DNA of 36,331 nt from a virus (lineage: Duplodnaviria > Caudoviricetes). Made by a program: the position numbers and the translations under genes. The notes under the pieces are model-generated. The model was given only the letters and a program-made list of their open reading frames with translations, did no database searches and had not been told where the DNA came from. Positions 8,713-17,476 of the stretch are shown one piece after another. Where the stretch lies: positions 1-36,331 of the IMG/VR virus record IMGVR_UViG_3300025391_000326. One strand, written 5' to 3'. Every line of letters begins with the position of its first letter. Within the stretch, counting starts at the first letter, position 1.

Positions 8713-9134
8713 CAATGCTCTGCATTTTGGAAATCACCAAAGAACGAGACACGGCAATCTCGCTGCTCAACGCCGAAGGCATCATCACACACTCCGTTCC
8801 TCTGGCAACGATGCACCCGGTCACCGACCAAGAAGAAGCAACCAAGAGTGCTGAAACTGTTGGCTGGCAACCCTACGGGCTATGGACTATTGACGGGGAC
8901 TACCAATGGGTGCAAGTCGTTCCAAAGCCGTTGACTATTGCGTTTGCTAGCAGTGAAATCTCAGACCAGATGGCCGTGGACTTGGCGAAGAACGTCGGAT
9001 ATGCCGTCAACGAAGTCGTGAAGCAGACCTACATCCCTGAAGATGGCAAGACCTACATTGCGTTTTCAGTGGACGTTCCAAACGGATGGGACTGGGGCCA
9101 CAATCTCCTTGGGTACGAAGATGAACCCATTTGA
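8709..9134 (+). CDS. Hypothetical protein
   Basis: 141-aa ORF with ATGA overlap. Confidence 0.7.
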   Translation: MTMLCILEITKERDTAISLLNAEGIITHSVPLATMHPVTDQEEATKSAETVGWQPYGLWTIDGDYQWVQVVPKPLTIAFASSEISDQMAVDLAKNVGYAVNEVVKQTYIPEDGKTYIAFSVDVPNGWDWGHNLLGYEDEPI

Positions 9135-9303
9135 GAACCCCACCCCTTGGATTGCCACCTACGAAGAAGCCCCCACGCCGGGCTGGAGCATCGAAGATTA
9201 CAACGGAAGCGTGATGTTCTTCATCGAATCGCAATATGTCAAGGTGGAAACCGTAAATATGCTCCTAAGGGCCGTCAACGGCACCTCAAAAGGTGTAAGT
9301 TAG
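9121..9303 (+). CDS. Hypothetical protein
   Basis: ATG at 9121 (MNPFENPTPW...), 60 aa. Confidence 0.55.
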   Translation: MNPFENPTPWIATYEEAPTPGWSIEDYNGSVMFFIESQYVKVETVNMLLRAVNGTSKGVS

Positions 9304-9308
9304 CCCCC

Positions 9309-9665
9309 GTGAAGAACGTCATTCGCAGATTTTTTGAAATCGTGATGCCACAGCAAGAAGATTTCACTGCACCCGAAGATGCAAACCCCGCAACCGGAGA
9401 CGTGTTCGGTCTTTCTGATGACGAGCAGTTGAGCATCGCCGTTGATATGGCGTTGGCTGCTGCGGTGGAACTCATCCTCATCCAGCGAGCAGCGTGGAAC
9501 GAACTGGTTGACAGTTTGGATGACGCAGGAATTGTTGTCCGTTTGGACAACAAGGCTAGTGAAATCATCACGGCCACGACGGAACGACTTCGGGCAGCAA
9601 TGCGTGTGGCCGGGGAAGTAATTGGAATAGACGCAAAGACCCTGAAGGAGTTGTTTAATGACTGA
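9309..9665 (+). CDS. Hypothetical helical protein
   Basis: Probable GTG start at 9309 inside the longer ORF 9147-9665. Confidence 0.6.
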   Translation: MKNVIRRFFEIVMPQQEDFTAPEDANPATGDVFGLSDDEQLSIAVDMALAAAVELILIQRAAWNELVDSLDDAGIVVRLDNKASEIITATTERLRAAMRVAGEVIGIDAKTLKELFND

Positions 9666-9948
9666 AGATTCACCACAACCGATTGACGAAGAAACCGTTG
9701 AGCAAATCGCCGTGGATGAGGGCATCGAAGCCATCAAGAAGATTCACTACATCGAACGGCAGATGTTGAACCGAGCCATCCACTCCTTGTCAATGATTAC
9801 CGAGAAGCCGGTTGAGGAAGTGTTGGCCATCCTGTCTGAGGGCATTGACACCGACTACGACAAGGCGTTTCAGCAGGCGCAGGCCTCAGCGAAGGTTATC
9901 CAGCAACTGCAAATCCCTCCGCAGCCGAAACCCACTTGGCAGGTCTAG
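9658..9948 (+). CDS. Hypothetical protein
   Basis: RBS AAGGAG upstream; 96 aa. Confidence 0.7.
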   Translation: MTEDSPQPIDEETVEQIAVDEGIEAIKKIHYIERQMLNRAIHSLSMITEKPVEEVLAILSEGIDTDYDKAFQQAQASAKVIQQLQIPPQPKPTWQV

Positions 9949-10101
9949 GTGGAAAGCACTGAAGGGGTCACACCGGTACAAGCCGAGTGCAACCCCTTTG
10001 CTGTGTTCTCCGAATGTCCACTCTGTGGTGGAAAACTCACGCCAGAACACGCCCACTTCAAGTGCCGTGGGTGTGGCTGGCGAGATAGTTGCTGCGACTA
10101 A
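9949..10101 (+). CDS. Small Zn-ribbon protein, 50 aa, absent from the ORF track
   Basis: My translation ends ECPLCGGKLTPEHAHFKCRGCGWRDSCCD*: two CxxC pairs. GTG follows the previous stop directly. Confidence 0.7.
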   Translation: MESTEGVTPVQAECNPFAVFSECPLCGGKLTPEHAHFKCRGCGWRDSCCD

Positions 10102-10568
10102 CCGACAGGATACATTGTGACGGCCACTGGCTCCGATTCACCACGGAGCCGTTCCCGACGCTCACGCTGGTAGTCCCGCATCGCTGTCTTGCAGGTCACG
10201 CAGCGACACCGGTGCCGGAAGTAGCACGACAAGCCGTGCTTCACCTCACGCCGGGTATGCCGGGTGCAACTCGTGTTGCCACACCCACACACGGCAGGTC
10301 GCTGCACGAGATATCGCTTACGGAACACTCGGTACGCTTCAGCACACGGCTCGCACCTGCATCGGTGGTTCGTGTACCGGCTCGCCGTACCGTGTGGGGT
10401 ACGAACGACCTTGGACGTTAGGCGACAAGCAGGATTGCCACAGGCGCAGGTGGAAACCTGCTCCGGCTCTGGCAGTGGCTCAGGGCTAGTGAACACTTCG
10501 TCCAGTGTGTCTTCATCAAGGCTGTCGGCCATCGCCTCCAGCAGTTCGTCGTATGACGTAAACATCAT
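10098..10568 (-). CDS. Cys/His-rich protein with two HG..Y...CRCxxC repeats
   Basis: CACGNPAC...HGTASRYTNHRCRCEPC and CGCGNTSC...HGLSCYFRHRCRCVTC; RBS AAGGAG. Confidence 0.75.
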   Translation of the reverse strand: MMFTSYDELLEAMADSLDEDTLDEVFTSPEPLPEPEQVSTCACGNPACRLTSKVVRTPHGTASRYTNHRCRCEPCAEAYRVFRKRYLVQRPAVCGCGNTSCTRHTRREVKHGLSCYFRHRCRCVTCKTAMRDYQRERRERLRGESEPVAVTMYPVG

Positions 10569-10574
10569 TGCTCC

Positions 10575-11003
10575 TTAGTTGACTAATTCAAAGTGGTGTT
10601 GTACCGGCTTTGGTGGGTTGTGCTTTCGCATTTGGCTTTGGAAACGGAACGTGTCCTGACCGAACTTCTTCGGTGGCTTCATCGGGACAAGCGACTTCTC
10701 TGCAAACAGTCGGTCTTCGATTAGACCGTCTTCATCGAACAGCAAGTCATCGAACAGGTCGGGATGCTCGTCTCTGAGGTGAGCCGCTTCCCATTCCTCC
10801 AGCCCCTCGTCTACCAGTTCATCGAATCGCTCGTTGCTCAGTAGGTAGTACGGCAGTTCGCTAACGTCAATGTCGTAGAGACGAGCGAGGGCTGCGTCAT
10901 CCATCGCTTCGACCTGTGCGTCGGTCATCTCAAAGAGGATGGCGATTGCTGTCACCTCGTCCTCGTTGAGCAGTTTGGCGAAGCCTCGTGGCTCTGTCAT
11001 CAT
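10575..11003 (-). CDS. Acidic hypothetical protein
   Basis: D/E-rich ORF coupled to the GGCT stop; start at about 11003-11006. Confidence 0.65.
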   Translation of the reverse strand: MMTEPRGFAKLLNEDEVTAIAILFEMTDAQVEAMDDAALARLYDIDVSELPYYLLSNERFDELVDEGLEEWEAAHLRDEHPDLFDDLLFDEDGLIEDRLFAEKSLVPMKPPKKFGQDTFRFQSQMRKHNPPKPVQHHFELVN

Positions 11004-11413
11004 CACCACCACTCTTTCCGCGAATCGGCAATCCAGTCGTTGTCGGTGACCGGCTCGCCGTATTCGTGTCGCCATTCGCAGACGATGACGGGGTACTCCA
11101 CCCCATCGAACTCAGCGATACTTTCGACAATGGTGTAGCCAGCGTTCTGCTCCATCTGCAACATTGCGAGGATGGAATCGTTCAACGGTACTTCGTAGAT
11201 TTCTCCAACGGCCCTGTCGTTCGGGTTATCGGTCATCACGAGGTAGGGGAACGCTCTGTGCGTAGAACTGTAGAAAAGCCGTGCGCCTTTCATTGTCCCG
11301 GTGCCTACTTCCTGAATCACCTCATCGGCAATCCAATCGTGCAGGCGTTGTCCCTTACGCAATGTCCCATAAGCGAAGAACAGTGCCGTTTTGGTGTGGG
11401 TGTCAGTTGTCAT
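11003..11413 (-). CDS. Gamma-glutamylcyclotransferase (AIG2/GGCT-like)
   Basis: FFAYGTLRKG, FPYLV and AVGEIYEV motifs. ATG at 11413 lies 6 nt after TGC-TATAGT (leaderless). Confidence 0.85.
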   Translation of the reverse strand: MTTDTHTKTALFFAYGTLRKGQRLHDWIADEVIQEVGTGTMKGARLFYSSTHRAFPYLVMTDNPNDRAVGEIYEVPLNDSILAMLQMEQNAGYTIVESIAEFDGVEYPVIVCEWRHEYGEPVTDNDWIADSRKEWW

Positions 11414-11458
11414 ACCAACACTATAGCAGGTTTTAGTTGAGTATGCTACACTGTGGGT

Positions 11459-11791
11459 ATGACGAACCGCAGATATGACGAAACCGACCTCGTGCAAGTC
11501 TCCGTAATGCTTGGCGATATGCAGGTGGAAACCAAAACTTGCTACCGGGGAGAAGCCGACGCTCTGGGATACGACCTCGTGGAGCGATACGCAGGCATCG
11601 CAGACGTGGTGTACAAAATCAAGGAATTCGACGGCATCCCCTACGCAATGCCCAAGGTTCAGCAGCAAGCCCCACGGCCAGTCTCACGGCCAGCCCTGAG
11701 GCCACTGCCGAAGAAGACCACGACCACCCACCGTCGCCGGTGGGAGCAGCCAAAGGGCAAGACCCCTCACTACTTCACCATTGTGACTTGA
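11459..11791 (+). CDS. Hypothetical protein, leaderless
   Basis: TGC-TACACT (11444-11452), 6 nt, then ATG. Confidence 0.65.
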   Translation: MTNRRYDETDLVQVSVMLGDMQVETKTCYRGEADALGYDLVERYAGIADVVYKIKEFDGIPYAMPKVQQQAPRPVSRPALRPLPKKTTTTHRRRWEQPKGKTPHYFTIVT

Positions 11792-11816
11792 CTTTGCCAC
11801 ACCCCTAATGTAGAAT
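11788..11816 (+). promoter_or_regulatory. Sigma70-type promoter
   Basis: TTGACT-17 nt-TAGAAT followed by TAGGGT. Confidence 0.75.
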
Positions 11817-11851
11817 TAGGGTAGCCATTGGATTCAATAGGAAGGAAACCC

Positions 11852-12733
11852 GTGAGCATCACCTACAACAAGGAAGCAGTCCACCAGTACCTCACGAGAA
11901 TTGCTGCCGAGCAAGCAGCAACAACATCACCAGATTGGAACTCCACCCCACTCCTAGTTGGGATGGGCATTGCTCCCGGTAGCCGGGTCGCAGACCTTAT
12001 GGACTTGGACTACTCCGACCTCTCTCGTGCGCGCATCAGCATTTCGATTAAGGCCGTTGACGAAATCCGCGCCGAGGCCGTGGCTCTGCGCGACCAGTCC
12101 TCGGATAAAGAGCGCAAAGCCCTTAGCCAGTTCATCAAGGCCATTGACGAAGCAATCACCGCACGCGGGGCTTCGCACCTACACGCCGTGCGCCGTGACG
12201 TGTTCAGGGTGATTGGCCTGTCCGACATCCCCGACATCAACCGTCAGAACATTGACTACCTCATTGACCTGTACAACGCTTTGGAAGCCGGGTTGCCTGA
12301 GCCAACCGCAGGCACTGGCAACGGCAACTCCCAGCACCAGTCAGCAAAGTGGGTCGTGGGCGAAGAAGGTTCGCAGGGCTACTTCTACTACCGGATGGAC
12401 TACAACATTCAAGTGGAAGACGGCAACATCAGCACCCGGTTGAGGATGGAAGGGCCTAACTACGACCACCCGAATCGGTCTGGCATCGCCGTTGCCGTCA
12501 ACTCTGCGGTGCGCCGTGAGAACGATGGCCGCGTCTGGCAGTGGTTCACCTCGTCAAACAACGTCGTTGAGGATGCCAAGAAGGTCACCGAGAATGTCAA
12601 GGCTGCTTGGGATTTAGTTCGCACTGAGGTGAAGCAAGCCATTGTCAACCGATTTGCAGAAATGCTGCAAGCCGGTATCCCGGTGGAGTACACCATTGAC
12701 GGTGAGGACTACGTTGCTCTCCAAGCAAGTTGA
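11852..12733 (+). CDS. Hypothetical protein
   Basis: RBS AGGAAGGA before the GTG at 11852; about 293 aa. Confidence 0.75.
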   Translation: MSITYNKEAVHQYLTRIAAEQAATTSPDWNSTPLLVGMGIAPGSRVADLMDLDYSDLSRARISISIKAVDEIRAEAVALRDQSSDKERKALSQFIKAIDEAITARGASHLHAVRRDVFRVIGLSDIPDINRQNIDYLIDLYNALEAGLPEPTAGTGNGNSQHQSAKWVVGEEGSQGYFYYRMDYNIQVEDGNISTRLRMEGPNYDHPNRSGIAVAVNSAVRRENDGRVWQWFTSSNNVVEDAKKVTENVKAAWDLVRTEVKQAIVNRFAEMLQAGIPVEYTIDGEDYVALQAS

Positions 12734-12996
12734 GTAGGGTGGAACCTATGATGCAAGCAGCCCTGACAATCCCACCGAGCGAGTTGCCCTACGAACTCCA
12801 CGTTCTGCCCGAAGGCGTGAACTTCAGCACGGACAGTTTCATCACGATGTACGAGGTGGACTTTCCGTTCACGGCAGAAGACGCAGCACGGCTAGAGGAC
12901 TATCTGCGCTCCAAGGGATGGATAGTCACCACGAAGTGGGAGAACCACATCGAATGGTGGCAGGCCGATGTAATCCCTAGGCCGAGCGATGACTAG
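12730..12996 (+). CDS. Hypothetical protein
   Basis: 88-aa ORF overlapping its neighbours. Confidence 0.6.
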   Translation: MSRVEPMMQAALTIPPSELPYELHVLPEGVNFSTDSFITMYEVDFPFTAEDAARLEDYLRSKGWIVTTKWENHIEWWQADVIPRPSDD

Positions 12997-13276
12997 CGAA
13001 CCGGTCATTGCTCGTCGGTACATCTATTCAGCAAAGAGTGACCGGGCGAAGCATAAGGGCAAGCACCGGCTCTACTTGGTAGAAATCCCTGCTGGCTCTA
13101 ACATCCTCGCCAAAATCGCACCACTACCCCTCGCAGATGAGGTAGAACTAGATGCGAGCGTTGAACTTGAAGCAGCGAAGCAGGGGATGACCCTTGCTGG
13201 GTGCGAAGACAAAAAGACGCTCAGGCACAGAAGGCACCGATTGGTGCTTGGTCAGGACTATCAGGAGATTGAATAG
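12989..13276 (+). CDS. Hypothetical protein
   Basis: 95-aa ORF in the operon. Confidence 0.6.
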   Translation: MTSEPVIARRYIYSAKSDRAKHKGKHRLYLVEIPAGSNILAKIAPLPLADEVELDASVELEAAKQGMTLAGCEDKKTLRHRRHRLVLGQDYQEIE

Positions 13277-13599
13277 TGGCAAAGCCGAAATCGTCAACTC
13301 GTGCTGAATGGATTGGACAGGCAGCCTGCCGGGGAATGAACGTGAACATTTTCTACCCCGAACTCGGAGCATCCAACGTAAAGTACCCGGCTGAGGCCAT
13401 CAACACTTGCGCTAACTGCCCGGTGGTGGAACCGTGCTTGGAGTGGGCATTGCATCACGAGGGACACGGCTACCAAGGTGGAACCACGCCGAACCAACGC
13501 CACAAGATGCGCTCGCAGCAGCGAATCGCCCTGTGGGAACCACAACAGAACATCATCAACGTCATCGTGACGAAGAAGATGGGCCGACTGAGCGTTTGA
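13276..13599 (+). CDS. whiB: WhiB-family Fe-S transcription factor
   Basis: W..QAACRG...FYP, CANCPVVEPCLEWAL and GYQGGTT (variant of G[IV]WGG). Confidence 0.88.
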   Translation: MAKPKSSTRAEWIGQAACRGMNVNIFYPELGASNVKYPAEAINTCANCPVVEPCLEWALHHEGHGYQGGTTPNQRHKMRSQQRIALWEPQQNIINVIVTKKMGRLSV

Positions 13600-13643
13600 A
13601 TTTCACCTAAAAGGTTTTACGAACTTGGCGATACGATGAACGT

Positions 13644-14888
13644 ATGCGCCTTGACCCCAAGAACCTGCTCAACTGGCTAGCCATCACCACGCTGGCTGCC
13701 GTTTCCTGCCTTGTGCCACTGGGTACCAGTGCTGGCGCAGCAACGGCCTACGCCCACTCCAATTGCAAGACGTGGGTGCGAGTAATTGACGTTTCCAGCA
13801 ACAACGTGTATCCGTTCGACTGGACAAAGATTTCCAAAAACGGAATCTCCGGGGTCTACATCAAGAACTCCGAAGGCACGGCCTACGTCAATCCAAACTG
13901 GGCTACCGACGCTGCTGATTCCAAGAAGGTCGGCATCCCCTACGGGTCGTACTACTTTGCCCGCCCCGGCAAGGCATCGGCTGTGGCCTCAGCCACGTTC
14001 TTTGTGAAATCCGGTGGCGCAACCGGAACTCTGCCCCCTGCTTTGGATTTGGAAGTTAACGAACTCTCCGTTCCGGCCACCATCAAGTGGGCCGAGCAGT
14101 GGTTTAGCACCGTGAAGCAGTTGTCGGGTCGTACTCCAATTCTCTACACGGGTGGCTTCTACGGCTGGGGAACGGCTCAGGGCCTCACTGAAATGCGCCT
14201 CTGGCTCGCTGCGTACCCGAACGGCTACGCCAACGTGCGAAACGTCTGCAACCTGCCGTTGCCTCACACGCCATCAGCGTGGAACTCGCAGGGCTGGTCT
14301 ATGTGGCAGTACACGAGCGTGGCCAACATCCCCGGCATCAAGGGTCACACTGACCTTTCAGCAGCCGAGCCATTGTGGTGGGCCACTGTGACCGGCGCAG
14401 GCGTGAAGCCCCCGACCCCCGGACAGAACCGTCACCCGGCTCCCATCTACGCCTACGGCTCCCACGGCCCCAAGGTTGTCTACCTGCAACAGGTACTTCA
14501 CCACTACGGCTACCTGACTGCGAAGCAGGTTGATGGTGTGTTTGGTGAAACGACGTACCTTGCCGTGCGAAAGTGGCAGTATCGCATCGGGATTCCAGTA
14601 GATGGCAAGTGGTCTTCCCTCACTGACCACGCTACGAACTGGTACCTGAAGAAGGCTCGCCCCTACCCGTGGCCTCGGAACTACCCCGTGCTGCGTGTCG
14701 GCTCGGTCAATGCACCGAAAATCGTGCAACTTCAGCAGTTGCTCACGAAGCACGGATTCCCGGTCAAGGTTGACGGCATTTTCGGCAGTTCGACTGCTGG
14801 AAAGTTGCGTGGCTTCCAAAAGAAGAACCACATCCACATCTCCGGCATCACGACCTACCAGACGTGGGTAGCCCTGTGGAAGCCGTAA
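13644..14888 (+). CDS. Endolysin: signal peptide, GH25 muramidase and two peptidoglycan-binding domains
   Basis: IDVSSNN, YIKNSEG, GSYYFARP, PALDLE, LWLAAY and WQYTS (GH25); two LQ..L...G...VDG.FG..T repeats; hydrophobic N-terminus ending AYA. Confidence 0.9.
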   Translation: MRLDPKNLLNWLAITTLAAVSCLVPLGTSAGAATAYAHSNCKTWVRVIDVSSNNVYPFDWTKISKNGISGVYIKNSEGTAYVNPNWATDAADSKKVGIPYGSYYFARPGKASAVASATFFVKSGGATGTLPPALDLEVNELSVPATIKWAEQWFSTVKQLSGRTPILYTGGFYGWGTAQGLTEMRLWLAAYPNGYANVRNVCNLPLPHTPSAWNSQGWSMWQYTSVANIPGIKGHTDLSAAEPLWWATVTGAGVKPPTPGQNRHPAPIYAYGSHGPKVVYLQQVLHHYGYLTAKQVDGVFGETTYLAVRKWQYRIGIPVDGKWSSLTDHATNWYLKKARPYPWPRNYPVLRVGSVNAPKIVQLQQLLTKHGFPVKVDGIFGSSTAGKLRGFQKKNHIHISGITTYQTWVALWKP

Positions 14889-15184
14889 TCGTCACCCAGA
14901 ACACTTACAACATCTGGCAAACCGTTCTCGCCATCGTGCTGATTGTCGGCTCCGTCGGCTCACTCGGCAGGTGGCTGAACGGGCGACTTCCAAAACGCTC
15001 CGAAGTCACTGACCTGAAGAAGGCGTTGGCCGAGGCCCAAGCCAAGAACAGCAGTGAAAACCGTCGAATTATTGCCGTTGTACGGGAAGTGAAGGCCGAT
15101 GTCAAGCAGTTGACGGCCCGACTTGACCATCACATTGACACAAAGACAGACATTTCACTGGACAAGGGGACTGGCGATGAGTGA
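14864..15184 (+). CDS. Single-TM coiled-coil membrane protein, possible holin or lysis accessory
   Basis: One TM segment (VLAIVLIVGSVGSLG) then a coiled coil; directly after the endolysin. Start uncertain. Confidence 0.55.
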   Translation: MGSPVEAVIVTQNTYNIWQTVLAIVLIVGSVGSLGRWLNGRLPKRSEVTDLKKALAEAQAKNSSENRRIIAVVREVKADVKQLTARLDHHIDTKTDISLDKGTGDE

Positions 15185-15620
15185 AGACGGGGCTGTCGGC
15201 GCGCATATCCAAAAGTTCACACACTCCTACCTCGTCGTGTACCCAGAACACTCGGCACGAGAGGATGACCCTCACTACGTTGACTTTCACCATCTCCAAC
15301 GGGAATGGAAGAAAGACCCGGAGAAGTGGCGTTGCGCCTACGGGGTAGAGAAGGGGGATTTCACTGAATGTGACTTGTCCCACCCTTTGGAAATCCATCA
15401 CGCCCACGTTGAGTTCGCTTTGCTCAACTCCATTGACCTCGCTCTCTTTGAGAAGCGATACCCCGGCATCTCCGACCCTGACAGGGTGGGTGCTTGGGTG
15501 GAAAGTGCAGCCAACTGCATCGTGTACTGCGTTCGCCACCATCGTGGCCACGCCGGGGTTCACAGCGCATCAGCAGCCGACTGGGAAGCCTCGTTCGTCA
15601 TTAGGAACCTCATTCAATAA
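15177..15620 (+). CDS. His/Cys-rich protein, possibly HNH-like
   Basis: C...C...LEIHH...NCIVYCVRHHRGHAGVH; ATG at 15177. Confidence 0.5.
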   Translation: MSEDGAVGAHIQKFTHSYLVVYPEHSAREDDPHYVDFHHLQREWKKDPEKWRCAYGVEKGDFTECDLSHPLEIHHAHVEFALLNSIDLALFEKRYPGISDPDRVGAWVESAANCIVYCVRHHRGHAGVHSASAADWEASFVIRNLIQ

Positions 15621-16024
15621 TGTGGCTCACAGCACTGGCCACCCTTGGGTGCTTCCTTGGGGCCAACATCTTTTCAGTGTTTATGGTGCAGGCCGAGGCC
15701 CGGAACGCCGCGTTCAAGGCTGGCATCTTTGAGGCTGGCTACGCCCTGTTTTGGATTGTCGCTGCTCGCTACTCGGTCAACACGCTGAACGGCCACGGCA
15801 CGACACGGCTCGTCGTAATGCTTTCAGCATTGGTGCTGGGCAACTTCGCCGGTGCCTACATCGGCACCAAGTGGGGCGAGCGTCTTGTCCGCGACCACGA
15901 GGCCGAACAGGTTGACGAAAGGTTGCTGGAAGCAGAGGCTGCGCTTCTGATGGCAGAGGCAACTCTCAAAGAGTTGAGCGAGGAAATCGAACACCACCAC
16001 GAATCGGATGGTCACGATTCATAA
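15620..16024 (+). CDS. Three-TM membrane protein with acidic tail, holin candidate
   Basis: Three hydrophobic segments; lysis-cassette context; TAATG overlap. Confidence 0.55.
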   Translation: MWLTALATLGCFLGANIFSVFMVQAEARNAAFKAGIFEAGYALFWIVAARYSVNTLNGHGTTRLVVMLSALVLGNFAGAYIGTKWGERLVRDHEAEQVDERLLEAEAALLMAEATLKELSEEIEHHHESDGHDS

Positions 16025-16279
16025 TTGCCGGGGTCGCAAGGAGAACAACCGACCAGTAGCCACCACGACCCCGGCTGGGACAGTCTATGTCCTGCGAACA
16101 CCAAAGTCAAATCGCCGGAGCCACTGAGTAGGAACCATTCCTATCTTGACCAGAAGACGCTCAGCAGCCCCGGCGCACGGTCAGCATAGCCACCCCCAAA
16201 TGTCCACACAAACTCCGGCGGTGCATTTTTTGTCCGCACGGTCTGGCAGACTAGAGCCACCTACAGAAAGGACTGGCAG

Positions 16280-16444
16280 ATGACCAGCGCAACCCCCGAC
16301 ACCATCGAAAAGGCAATGGCCTTTGCGATTGGTCGAACCATCGTCAAGGCCGAGATTGTCAACGGCCATCAGGAAATCACCTTGGATGACGGAACGTTCA
16401 TCTTCGTTCACAACGGCAACCTCGCCCACGGTGGCTTTGAATGA
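16280..16444 (+). CDS. Small hypothetical protein, 54 aa, absent from the ORF track
   Basis: RBS GAAAGGA; MTSATPDTIEKAMAFAIGRTIVKAEIVNGHQEITLDDGTFIFVHNGNLAHGGFE*. Confidence 0.7.
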   Translation: MTSATPDTIEKAMAFAIGRTIVKAEIVNGHQEITLDDGTFIFVHNGNLAHGGFE

Positions 16445-16480
16445 GTTGACGCACACACGAGCGAGGTGTAGGATTCCGAC

Positions 16481-16595
16481 ACCCTTACGACAGAGTTCCC
16501 TTCTTGTTTGCTCATCGTAAGCAAAGCGCACCCTACATCGCTCCAGCGACGGTGCTGCTGGCAGACCCCCTGCTTCGGCGGGGGGTTCTTGCTTT
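16481..16595 (+). ncRNA. Candidate small RNA, about 115 nt
   Basis: Promoter TTGACG(16446)-17 nt-TAGGAT(16469-16474), two internal stems, then a GC stem with cUUCGg loop and U-rich tail; no credible ORF inside. Confidence 0.5.
16564..16595 (+). terminator. Intrinsic terminator
   Basis: GACCCCCTGC-TTCG-GCGGGGGGTT followed by CTTGCTTT. Confidence 0.8.
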
Positions 16596-16620
16596 CCCGA
16601 AAAAAACTTTGACTAACCCC

Positions 16621-16649
16621 TTGACTTTTGAATTTTGGTTAGGCATAAT
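16621..16649 (+). promoter_or_regulatory. Sigma70-type promoter
   Basis: TTGACT-17 nt-CATAAT with an upstream A-tract; TTAGG/TAGG flank the -10. Confidence 0.8.
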
Positions 16650-16696
16650 TAGGTTCAGAAGTATCCAATCCAAACCAAACAGAGGGGAAACACCAG

Positions 16697-17386
16697 ATGA
16701 TTACGGCAACCATCACGATGAACGAAACCATCCCGTTGACCAAGGGCGAGTTGTACATCGTCTCCAGTGCCTGCAACCGAATCAGCCCAGAGTTCAGGAG
16801 CGAAATCCAATTCCGCAACAACTACTGGACTTGGGAAAGTGGCTCCATCATCATCACTGCCGAGCAGGAAGCCACGCTCGTGGCAGAGTTGAAGAAGAAG
16901 CAGGCCGAGATTGTCGCTCGGCAAAACACCAACGAGCGCGGCACCAAGCGAATCTTGACCATCCTCATCAAGAAGATTGACGGTGCGAACGCTCGTCGTG
17001 ACGCTCGTCAAATTCAAGGCCGGAGGGATTCCATTCGCTACGCGCAAGAGCGAGTGGCTCGTGGCTTCACCCCGACTGAGTGGGCCATCAACCAAGGGCC
17101 TGCACGGAACAACGGCAGGGGCGTGTGGGAAGTGCGTGGCTGCTGCAAAGGATGGAACGGCCAGTGGGATGAGCGTCACACGGCTCAGGTCAGCCCTGAG
17201 TTCAACGAAGACGGCGAGGTCGTGTTCGTGACTGGCCGGTACTTCGCAACCGGTGAGTTCTTCAGCACCAAGGCCGAGGCCGTGGCTCGTGCAGTCGAAA
17301 TGGTCGAAGACCAAATCGCTCAGAGCGATGCGTACTTGAAGGCCGAGTTCGATGCGTTGGTCGCACGCGCCAACCAAGAGGCCTAG
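16697..17386 (+). CDS. Hypothetical protein
   Basis: 229 aa; RBS AGAGGGG; own promoter. Confidence 0.8.
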   Translation: MITATITMNETIPLTKGELYIVSSACNRISPEFRSEIQFRNNYWTWESGSIIITAEQEATLVAELKKKQAEIVARQNTNERGTKRILTILIKKIDGANARRDARQIQGRRDSIRYAQERVARGFTPTEWAINQGPARNNGRGVWEVRGCCKGWNGQWDERHTAQVSPEFNEDGEVVFVTGRYFATGEFFSTKAEAVARAVEMVEDQIAQSDAYLKAEFDALVARANQEA

Positions 17387-17406
17387 AAAAAAATCTATTT
17401 AAGGGG

Positions 17407-17435
17407 TTGACAGTGTGACACCCCTTAGGTAGACT
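17407..17435 (+). promoter_or_regulatory. Sigma70-type promoter
   Basis: TTGACA-17 nt-TAGACT with an upstream A-tract; CCCCTTAGG and TAGGG flank the -10. Confidence 0.8.
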
Positions 17436-17476
17436 TAGGGTAAGAAGTAAATCAGACAACAGGAAGGAACAACCAA

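Noticed and set aside
16027-16075. GCCGGGGTCG/CGACCCCGGC inverted repeat as a tRNA or riboswitch
   Set aside because: No cloverleaf, T-loop or recognisable aptamer; probably a terminator-like hairpin after the lysis genes.
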